A stretch of 63,008 nt of DNA, the filler included. It is 4 parts of 4 records of this genome, joined end to end, with 100 filler letters (N's around TTAATTAATTAA, not from the genome) between each part and the next. Parts side by side here need not be neighbours in the genome. Positions count along the whole stretch, not along the records: positions 35,160 to 51,380 come from DRR723986_10369; positions 51,481 to 63,008 come from DRR723986_10420; 2 more parts are not named here. One strand, given 5' to 3'. Below the pieces are notes generated by a model. The model worked only from the letters and a program-made list of their open reading frames with translations. It ran no database searches and was not told the origin of the DNA. This document shows, piece by piece, positions 49,737-57,217 of the stretch; the stretch's first letter is position 1, and every line of letters begins with the position of its first letter. Position numbers and translations under genes: made by a program.

Positions 49737-50883
49737 GCTGTTGCATATCGGGCTGCTGGTAAATCCTTTAGCCGGGATTGGCGGGTCGCTAGCCCTCAAG
49801 GGTAGCGATGGTGCGGCAGTTCGCGAGCTTGCCGGCCAGCTGCCCCCCGAACAGCTTGAGCGGGCCCTGAACCGTGTGGAACGTGCTTTTTCGGCCCTTC
49901 GACCGCTACTGGATCGCGTCCGCATCTCGACCTGGCCAGGCGCCATGGGTGAGCGGGCTATGCTCGACCTGGGAATTGCCGCCACAGTGGTAGGCCCGGC
50001 AGGCGGGAGCAGTGGCTTGTCGGATGCCGGTGATACCCGTGAGGCCGCCCGGGCATTGCTCGAAGCCGGTGTCGATATCCTCGTTTTCGCCGGTGGTGAC
50101 GGCACGGCCCGGGATATATTCGATGAGATCGGTAGTGACTTTCCTGTGCTTGGCATACCGGCCGGGGTGAAGATGCACTCCGGGGTCTTTGCGGTCTCGC
50201 CGGAGGCGGCCGGGGAACTGCTGGCGCTGTTGGCCACTGGTGGCCTGGTGGGCCTGCAGCGGCGGGAGGTGCGGGACATCGACGAGGAGGCGTTTCGCCA
50301 TGACGTGGTCCGGGCCCGCTTCTATGGCGAGATGCTGGTCCCGGGGGAGGGGCGCTACCTGCAGCAGACCAAGGTCGGTGGCCGGGAAAGCCACGAGCTG
50401 GTGGCGGCGGATATCGCGGCGTGGCTGAGCGAAACCATGGACCCCGAGACGACCTATCTGATTGGGCCCGGCACGACCACGGCGGCGGTTATGGAAGCGC
50501 TCCAGTTGCCCAACACCTTGTTGGGCGTGGACGTGGTGCGCAACCGCGAACTGCTGGTAGCCGATGCTAACGAGGCGCAGTTGCTGGAAGTGCTGGACCA
50601 GACAAGCGGGCCGGCCCACATCGTGGTGACGGTCATCGGTGGCCAGGGGCACGTTTTTGGGCGCGGCAACCAGCAGTTCTCGCCGGCGGTCATCCGCCGG
50701 GTCGGGGTCGCCAACATCACTATCGTCGCCGCCAAGTCCAAGATCACCGCGCTTGAGGGGAGGCCCCTGCTGGTCGACACCAACGATCCCGAGCTCGACC
50801 GGGAGCTCTGCGGCCTGCGCTCGTTGCTTACCGGCTACGACGACCATATCCTGTACCGCCTTGCTACCGGAGCCGGCGAGTGA
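49726..50883 (+). CDS. ATP-NAD kinase family (NAD kinase/AcoX-like) protein
   Basis: NPLAGIGG, AGGDGTARD, GIPAGVKMHSGVF, GGQGHVFGRGNQQ. Confidence 0.85.
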   Translation: MVAELLHIGLLVNPLAGIGGSLALKGSDGAAVRELAGQLPPEQLERALNRVERAFSALRPLLDRVRISTWPGAMGERAMLDLGIAATVVGPAGGSSGLSDAGDTREAARALLEAGVDILVFAGGDGTARDIFDEIGSDFPVLGIPAGVKMHSGVFAVSPEAAGELLALLATGGLVGLQRREVRDIDEEAFRHDVVRARFYGEMLVPGEGRYLQQTKVGGRESHELVAADIAAWLSETMDPETTYLIGPGTTTAAVMEALQLPNTLLGVDVVRNRELLVADANEAQLLEVLDQTSGPAHIVVTVIGGQGHVFGRGNQQFSPAVIRRVGVANITIVAAKSKITALEGRPLLVDTNDPELDRELCGLRSLLTGYDDHILYRLATGAGE

Positions 50884-50943
50884 ACCGCGGGCTCCCCGAT
50901 ACAGTACAAATAGGCGTTGCCTGGCTATTGGAAGGAATCAGTA

Positions 50944-51333
50944 ATGAGAGATGATGCGTATTGGCGAGACAAGCTCACTCCCGAGGAGTACCAGGTCTGC
51001 CGGCAGAAAGGCACCGAGCGGGCGTTTACCGGTGAGTACTGGGATTGTGACAAGGACGGCGTCTATCACTGCCGCTGCTGCGGTGAGCCCCTGTTTCTGT
51101 CAGATACCAAGTTTGATGCTGGCTGCGGCTGGCCGAGTTTCTTCCAACCCGCGGATGCCGAGGTCATCGAGGAAGCGCGTGATACGACTCACGGCATGAT
51201 TCGCACGGAAGTCATGTGCAAGAAATGCGGTGCCCACCTGGGGCATGTTTTCCCCGACGGTCCGACGCCAACTGGCCTGCGCTACTGCATCAACAGCCTG
51301 TCGATCAGGCTGGATGAGAAGGAGTCGGGGTAG
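50944..51333 (+). CDS. msrB: Methionine-R-sulfoxide reductase
   Basis: [31 protein letters not shown], two CxxC zinc motifs. Confidence 0.97.
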   Translation: MRDDAYWRDKLTPEEYQVCRQKGTERAFTGEYWDCDKDGVYHCRCCGEPLFLSDTKFDAGCGWPSFFQPADAEVIEEARDTTHGMIRTEVMCKKCGAHLGHVFPDGPTPTGLRYCINSLSIRLDEKESG

Positions 51334-51351
51334 GGGAGCAGCGGAACGAAT

Positions 51352-51380
51352 TGGAGCGGGAAACCGGGTTCGAACCGGCG
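51352..51380 (-). tRNA. 3' portion of a tRNA, most likely tRNA-Gly (truncated by the contig end)
   Basis: Reverse complement CGCCGGTTCGAACCCGGTTTCCCGCTCCA: T-arm with GTTCGA, acceptor strand TTCCCGC, discriminator U and CCA, as in tRNA-Gly; anticodon not visible. Confidence 0.8.
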
Positions 51381-51480
51381 NNNNNNNNNNNNNNNNNNNN
51401 NNNNNNNNNNNNNNNNNNNNNNNNTTAATTAATTAANNNNNNNNNNNNNNNNNNNNNNNNNNNNNNNNNNNNNNNNNNNN
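51381..51480. other. Artificial contig-joining linker
   Basis: N-run + TTAATTAATTAA + N-run. Confidence 0.98.
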
Positions 51481-52183
51481 CCGTGTCCACGAGACCTTCG
51501 TCGCCCACGATGCCGTCCAGGAGACCGCCGTCCTCGGAGGCGTCCGCCACGGCGGCGCTCGTGCCCTTGCCGGTCACGGGCGTGGCCTCTTCCGGCGGCG
51601 CCGCGACCACGACCGGGGCGGGCTGTTCGTCATCGGCTTCCGGCAGCGTCGGAGCGGCCGAGCCGACGACGGCGGCCTTTCCTGTCGTGACGGGCTTTGC
51701 CGTCACCGGGCCGGCGGCCGCCTCGATCGCCTCGGCGGCAGAGGCCCGCGCGATGTCCATCGGCGTGGGCTCGTCCGTTTCATCGGAATCGGCGAAGGGG
51801 AACGGCCCGGCGGCCACATCGATCTCGACCTCGCCCAGCGGTTCGGGATCGGCCTGCGCCGTCACGGGCCCGTCGGTGTCCGCATCCTCGGAAACGGCCG
51901 CCTCGGTCTGGGGCGCGGCGTCGCCAAGCTCCAGAGGCGATGCGTCCGGATCGGCCGCCCCCGTCTCGGCGGGCTCTTCGACCTCCCGGATGGGCGCATC
52001 CTTGGACACGGACGCCGCCTGAAGGGACGCCTGCCCCTCGGCCGTTGCGCTCTGCGTGGCCAGCCCCATGCCCACGACGCCCGAAATGGCTGCGATGCCG
52101 GCCTGCCCGAAGTCCGCGCGTGCAGCGACCGACGCGTCGCGCTCGCGCGCGACGTGGACATGCTCTTGCGGTCCCTCGGCCAT
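51481..52183 (-). CDS. Acidic Ala/Pro/Glu/Asp-rich hypothetical protein (3' truncated)
   Basis: Open frame with GC-rich third positions; one Gly/Ala hydrophobic stretch, then a long low-complexity acidic region ending GLLDGIVGDEGLVDT; start uncertain. Confidence 0.65.
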
Positions 52184-52532
52184 CAAGGGCCGGTTGGCAG
52201 AGCCATTCTTTCCACTGCGGGCACCCAAGTGGGCATTCCTTTCACTTCGATCCCGTACCGGATCACGGCGAACACACCGATTCCCTCTACAGACGGGAAG
52301 GCATCCTTTCGTTTGTATATCCGGGTGAAAAACCCCTGTCCACATTCTTTGGTATGTATGCGGTGTCTCGGGGCGCCCTGTTGCGCTGCGGACCCGGCAG
52401 AGGTCCTGCGCCTCGACCATGGGCCTTTTCGTGTGCCGCTCTGCACCCTCTCACGGGGTGGGGCACCCCTGTCCGGGGCTGCGACGCATGGAGGACGGCG
52501 GTTCATCGGCAAGGGGACGCCCTACCCATGCA

Positions 52533-52573
52533 GATCATATGGACTTTACTTTTCGACCATGTGGACCTATATC
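52533..52573 (+). promoter_or_regulatory. Promoter/operator of the TA operon
   Basis: TTTACT(52545-50)-N17-TATATC(52568-73) flanked and overlapped by two 12-bp near-palindromes, GATCATATGGAC and GACCATGTGGAC. Confidence 0.65.
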
Positions 52574-52592
52574 AGCGCAAAGGAGACGCCCC

Positions 52593-52982
52593 ATGCCTGT
52601 TGCCGCCGAACTCCGCGACCAGCCAGAGGTTATTGCCGTGGCCCTCAAGGCCTACAACCGCGTGGCCGAGGCGTGGTCTTTGGGCGTCAAGGACGCCGCC
52701 GCCCTCGCGGACATGTCCGAGAGCACGTGGAAACGCGCGCGCAAGCCGGGCTTTGCCGGCGATCTGACCAAGGATCAGCTTCTGCGGCTGAGCGCGATCA
52801 TCGGCATCTACAAGTCGCTGGATCTCTACTTCTCGGAGCCGCTGTCGCGCGACTGGTTCACGCGCCCCAACACCGGGCCGCTGTTCGGGGGCCAGCGCCC
52901 GCTCGACCGGGCCATAGAGGGCGGTCTGCCGCAAATCCTCGCCATCCGCACCTATCTGGACGCCCTGCGCGGTGGCGCATGA
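52593..52982 (+). CDS. Xre/MbcA/ParS family antitoxin
   Basis: HTH-like segment (AAALADMSESTWKR), LTKDQLLRLS..IGIYKSL, WFTRPN..PLFGGQRPLD, IRTYLDALRGG; AAGGAG SD. Confidence 0.9.
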   Translation: MPVAAELRDQPEVIAVALKAYNRVAEAWSLGVKDAAALADMSESTWKRARKPGFAGDLTKDQLLRLSAIIGIYKSLDLYFSEPLSRDWFTRPNTGPLFGGQRPLDRAIEGGLPQILAIRTYLDALRGGA

Positions 52983-53680
52983 GGCAAACCGACATCTCCG
53001 ACCGCGCGCTCGTGCGTCTTCTGCCCGCGACCTACCACAAGCCCCCTGCCCTGCGCGGTCTTGTGGACAGCGACGCGGAGATGGAGGTCCTGGCCGATAT
53101 CGAGGGGCTGACCAACGCGCGGCTCGAGGCGGAAAGGGGCCGGAACCCACATCTCGATCCGCGCGAACTCGCGTGGCGTCGGCGCAGTCAGGACCTGCGC
53201 ATCTACGGAGAAAGCCATATCAACGCGGCCTTCACCTATACGCGGGCCGGGGGCAACCGCTTCAACCCGGAACAGCGGGGGGCGTGGTACTGCGCATGGG
53301 ACACGATGGTTTCGGTCAGCGAAGTCGCGTGGCACCGGACGCGCGAACTTGGCTACACCGGATGTTACGAAGACAGCGCCCGCTATGTCGAGCTGCTGGC
53401 GGACTTCATCGGAACCTTCGATGACCTCACAGACGAACCCGATCATCCGGCGCTGACACCCGATCCGGCGAGGGGCTATCCCGAGGGGCAGCATCTGGCG
53501 GAGCGGTTGCGGCGCGGCGGGTCCCGGGGGTTGATCTACCCCTCGGTCCGCGCGCCCGCGCCGGGTGGCAATTGCCTCGTCTGTTTCGAGCCGCGCGTCA
53601 TCCAGAACGTCCGGCCGGGCGCCGCATGGACCCTGACGTGGAACGGCTCACCGCATTATTCGGTCGTCGCGGCGGCCTGA
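52979..53680 (+). CDS. RES domain toxin (putative NAD+ phosphorylase/ADP-ribosyltransferase-like)
   Basis: LVR, NRFN...GAWYCA, E in SEVAWH, S in GLIYPSVR, GGNCLVCF; ATGA overlap with the antitoxin. Confidence 0.9.
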   Translation: MRQTDISDRALVRLLPATYHKPPALRGLVDSDAEMEVLADIEGLTNARLEAERGRNPHLDPRELAWRRRSQDLRIYGESHINAAFTYTRAGGNRFNPEQRGAWYCAWDTMVSVSEVAWHRTRELGYTGCYEDSARYVELLADFIGTFDDLTDEPDHPALTPDPARGYPEGQHLAERLRRGGSRGLIYPSVRAPAPGGNCLVCFEPRVIQNVRPGAAWTLTWNGSPHYSVVAAA

Positions 53681-53728
53681 CCCATGCGGCGGCGCACAGG
53701 CCTTTCGACCCGCGCGCCGTGAACGGCG

Positions 53729-56700
53729 TCAGAACTTGGCGATCAGGTTCACGAAGACGCCCTCGTCGTCGTAGGTCAGATCGGTCAGATCGTCCGAGAA
53801 AGAGCCGAAGTTGTAGCCCACGCCCAGTTTGAAGGTGCCGCCGACGTGCCGGTACACGGCGGCAAGGGCCGAGGTCTCGGAGATGCCGGCCTGCTTCGCC
53901 TCGAGGTGGCGGCCCTCGACCAGAACGTCCCACTTGTGCAGCATGTGATAGCGCGCATTCGCGACCAGCAGATAGGCGTCGTTGCGCGCCAGCGGCGTCG
54001 AATCGTCCGGCGCGCTTTCGGCCCAGCGGCCGCCGATCTTGCCGCCCAGCGACCATTGCCGGTTCAGGTCGTATTCCACGTCCAGTGACAGGACGTGGCT
54101 TTCCTGACGGGGGCCACGCAGGTCGGTGCCGTCGATCTCCTGCCCGACGCTGTCCTTGAGGTAGCGGTATTGGAACAGCGTGTTCAGCCGGTCGTCGAGG
54201 ATCGGGCGGTAGGCATAGCCCAGCACCGCCTCGACGTAGGTGCCATCCTGTAGCGAGGCGTCGTTGGCGGTGATGTCGGCATAGTCGAGATCGAAGAGGA
54301 ACCGTCGCTCGTCGTCGATCTTGTAGGCCATGCCCGCCGTGAACAGCAGCGATTCCAGATCGCGGTCGGTGCCCGACAGTTGCCCGTCGTCGACGCGGTA
54401 TTCCAGCCGCGCCTTCGCCTGAAGCCCCGCGCCGTTGTCATGGCGCACCCCCAGCGAGATGCCGTTGCGGTCGTAGTCATCGCCGTTGCTGCTGTCGCGC
54501 ACCCGCCCGGCTTCGATCGCGCCGAAGACGGTGGTCATCGCCGTGGCGCTGTATTCCACGCCATAGGCGCTGGTCAGGGCGTTGTGGCGGCCGAAGAGGT
54601 CGTAGGTGTTCTCTCCGAAATAGACCACGTCATCGCTGACGCGCCGACGCCCGCCGGCCACGAAGGTGCCCCGGTCGTCCCCGTCCAGCGTCACGCCGCT
54701 GAAATCGCGTCCGGGTTGCAGGCGATAGCCGAAATAGACGCTGTCCTCGCCCTCTCCCTGCCGGGTGAAGAGCACCTCGGCGCCGGTCCCGAGAGAGCCG
54801 CCCGAAAGCTCGCCCTCGATGGTCCAGTTCTCGGCGAAGCGGTAGCGCAGGCCCGCGCCAAGGCGGTTGTTCTCTTCCAGCCCGCCGGACCGCGCCGCCG
54901 TGGCCTGCGCAAAGACGTACCACGCCAGATCATCCGAAGGCTCGACGGTCACGCGGGCCGCAACATCGGTGCGGTTGCCGGTCTCGTCCGAGGCGGCGGC
55001 GGGGTCGCGCCGGTTCAGGTGTTCGGCGGCGAAGGTCAGCGTCGTCGTGGCGTTCAGGACAAGGTCCAGTTCCGCCCCGCCCTCGCGCAGCGCCTTGCCG
55101 CCGGTGTCGTGGTATTCGTCGTAGTAGAAGCGTAGCGCCGTGCGGTCGGAGGGCAGGATCTCCATGGCGACGCCCCAAAGCTCTTCGTCCTCGTCGACCT
55201 GGTAATCGAGCGAGGAAAAGCCATCCGTGCGCTTCTCGTAATAGGCCGCGATATGGCCGTCGACCGCCAGCCCGAGGTCACGGAAATCCGCCCTGCCCCG
55301 CGCGGCATAGGCCTCTCCCGAGCCATTGGCGCCGGGGTTGTTCGACACCACCAGACCGCCGTTCGACGAATAGGAAGAGCCAAAGCCGGGGCCCTCCGTC
55401 TCGGCGCCCTCGAGGTCGAGGAAGGTACCTTCCGACAGCCGAAACCGCAGGTCGGCCCCGCGCGCGGTGTGGTCGGCAAAGCCCGTGCGTTCCACCAGTC
55501 CGGTCGCGCCGAGGCGGATGAAATCGTTGAGCCAGACCTCGGCCCGGCCACCGTAGTTGGTGCCTTCGATCTGGCCCGCCGTGGGCGTGTATTCGTATTG
55601 CACCGTCAACTGGACATCATACTCGCCGCCCGGTTCGGTGACGACCGTGCCGCCGCCGACAGAGCCGGTCAGGGGCGTGGCCAGCACCACGGAGCCCTGG
55701 GTGTAGTTGATGTAGTAATCGCGCCCCTCGGACAGGATGCTCGAGGACACCACGCGCCCGGTGTCCTTGTCGCGGATCTCGACCGAGACGGTTTCGGACC
55801 CTTCCGAGATATCGGCGTTCTGCAGGAAGTAGACCGACCCGCCGGTGCCGCGAAAGACCTCGCGGCCGGGCAGGCTTTCGGGCGTGGCGCCATAGGCCTC
55901 CAGCGCGACGCGGCTTTCGCCATGGGTCGTTTGGGCGGGGCTACGGTAAAGGCCCTGTGCGCCGTAAAGCTGGCGCTCGTTGCGCAGGTAGTAGGAGCCG
56001 GCGATGGAGGATTTGAAGTTGCCCCACATCAGGTGGCTGCCGTCACGCTCTGCCCGCAGGTAGAACTTGCCGTCCGTGGGGGTGGCGTCGACGATGGTCG
56101 AGTCGTCGCCATAGGTCGGATAGGCGCTGTCGCGGCTCATGCGCAGCAGCGTGTGGTAGGGGTCCTTCTTGTCGAAATCGTCGAAGAGCTCGTCCAGCTC
56201 CTGCACGCCGGTGTCGGCGCCCAGCGTCAGCGTCCAGCCGCCCTGCACCTTGCCCTTGGCAAAGCCCGCAAGCCGCCCAAGCCGGTAGGTGTCCGGCAGC
56301 GAGGCCCCGGAGGCGGTCTGCGGATCGCCCAGCCGCCGACCGTAGGTCAGGTCGACGGTGCCGGTGTAGAACCACTCGGACGCCGGAACGGTGATGTCCC
56401 GTTCGAGGTAAAGATGCTGCGACACGCCGTCGACCTGCACCTGCACTGGGTGATCGCCGGGCGGCAGGATGCGCTGGATCACGAAGGCGCCGTCGGGATC
56501 GGGGCGCAGGCTTTCGCCCAGAGTGCGCACGTCGGCACCGGGCGGCACGTTCTGGCCACGCACGGTGATGGCGCCGCCATGCACCGGGATGCGCTGGCGG
56601 ACCAGCGTGGTCGTGCCCTCTTCGGGGGCGCGGTCGCCAAGGATCTCGGCCGCATCCTCGGCGGCCCGCAGCGGCACGGGCGCGGTCTCGTCATAGCGGC

Positions 56701-57205
56701 CCCGGGCGTCGTAGACCCGGTGGACCAGCACCACGTCGCGGTCCTCGGGCACGGTAATCTGCGCGATGCCGTTGGGCGCGACCGGGATCACCTGAACCGT
56801 GCGCGGCCCGCCGCGTGCGCCGAAGTCCACCAGCCGGTATTCCCCGCGCTGCACGAAGGCCGGGTAGTTGAGCTGGCTTTGCACCCGCACCACCTGCCCG
56901 GGGTCGAGGTCTCCCTCTTCCAGCACCACCACGTCCAGCCTTCGCTCTGCCGTGAGGCCGTCGAAGCTGACCGCGATGTCCGAGGCCGCAAGCTGCCAGT
57001 CGACCGGCTGCGGCGCGAAGGCGTCCACCGGGGCCGTCACCGTCTCGCCGGTCACGTCCGGCGAGACCGCCGCCGGGGCATCCCCGTCGTCGATGCTGAT
57101 CGAGAAGCCGGCACCGGAGGCGATGACGTCCTGCGCCAGCGCCTGACCCGTGGCACCAAGCGCCAGAGCCGTTGCGGCGGTGCCGAAGAGGGTCGTGATA
57201 CGCAT
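53729..57205 (-). CDS. Large outer-membrane beta-barrel protein of unknown function
   Basis: Sec signal peptide (…GQALA-Q), long C-terminal region of alternating Gly/aromatic amphipathic strands, terminal VFVNLIAKF beta-signal; SD AGGGGTG before ATG 57205 (alternative GTG 57214). Confidence 0.85.
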   Translation of the reverse strand: MRITTLFGTAATALALGATGQALAQDVIASGAGFSISIDDGDAPAAVSPDVTGETVTAPVDAFAPQPVDWQLAASDIAVSFDGLTAERRLDVVVLEEGDLDPGQVVRVQSQLNYPAFVQRGEYRLVDFGARGGPRTVQVIPVAPNGIAQITVPEDRDVVLVHRVYDARGRYDETAPVPLRAAEDAAEILGDRAPEEGTTTLVRQRIPVHGGAITVRGQNVPPGADVRTLGESLRPDPDGAFVIQRILPPGDHPVQVQVDGVSQHLYLERDITVPASEWFYTGTVDLTYGRRLGDPQTASGASLPDTYRLGRLAGFAKGKVQGGWTLTLGADTGVQELDELFDDFDKKDPYHTLLRMSRDSAYPTYGDDSTIVDATPTDGKFYLRAERDGSHLMWGNFKSSIAGSYYLRNERQLYGAQGLYRSPAQTTHGESRVALEAYGATPESLPGREVFRGTGGSVYFLQNADISEGSETVSVEIRDKDTGRVVSSSILSEGRDYYINYTQGSVVLATPLTGSVGGGTVVTEPGGEYDVQLTVQYEYTPTAGQIEGTNYGGRAEVWLNDFIRLGATGLVERTGFADHTARGADLRFRLSEGTFLDLEGAETEGPGFGSSYSSNGGLVVSNNPGANGSGEAYAARGRADFRDLGLAVDGHIAAYYEKRTDGFSSLDYQVDEDEELWGVAMEILPSDRTALRFYYDEYHDTGGKALREGGAELDLVLNATTTLTFAAEHLNRRDPAAASDETGNRTDVAARVTVEPSDDLAWYVFAQATAARSGGLEENNRLGAGLRYRFAENWTIEGELSGGSLGTGAEVLFTRQGEGEDSVYFGYRLQPGRDFSGVTLDGDDRGTFVAGGRRRVSDDVVYFGENTYDLFGRHNALTSAYGVEYSATAMTTVFGAIEAGRVRDSSNGDDYDRNGISLGVRHDNGAGLQAKARLEYRVDDGQLSGTDRDLESLLFTAGMAYKIDDERRFLFDLDYADITANDASLQDGTYVEAVLGYAYRPILDDRLNTLFQYRYLKDSVGQEIDGTDLRGPRQESHVLSLDVEYDLNRQWSLGGKIGGRWAESAPDDSTPLARNDAYLLVANARYHMLHKWDVLVEGRHLEAKQAGISETSALAAVYRHVGGTFKLGVGYNFGSFSDDLTDLTYDDEGVFVNLIAKF

Positions 57206-57217
57206 GGTCTTCACCCC

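Noticed and set aside
51352-51380. tRNA 3' end as an attachment site for the downstream TA/adhesin region
   Set aside because: The following sequence is a different contig, apparently from a different class of bacteria; no integrase seen
52183-52236. 17-codon minus-strand uORF (MPTWVPAVERMALPTGP) overlapping the next start by TGATG
   Set aside because: The SD-like GAAAGGA directly abuts the ATG and there is no regulatory codon pattern; likely chance
52370-52490. GC-rich hairpins in the intergenic region upstream of the TA operon as a possible riboswitch or sRNA
   Set aside because: Stems are short and expected at this GC content; no recognisable riboswitch consensus
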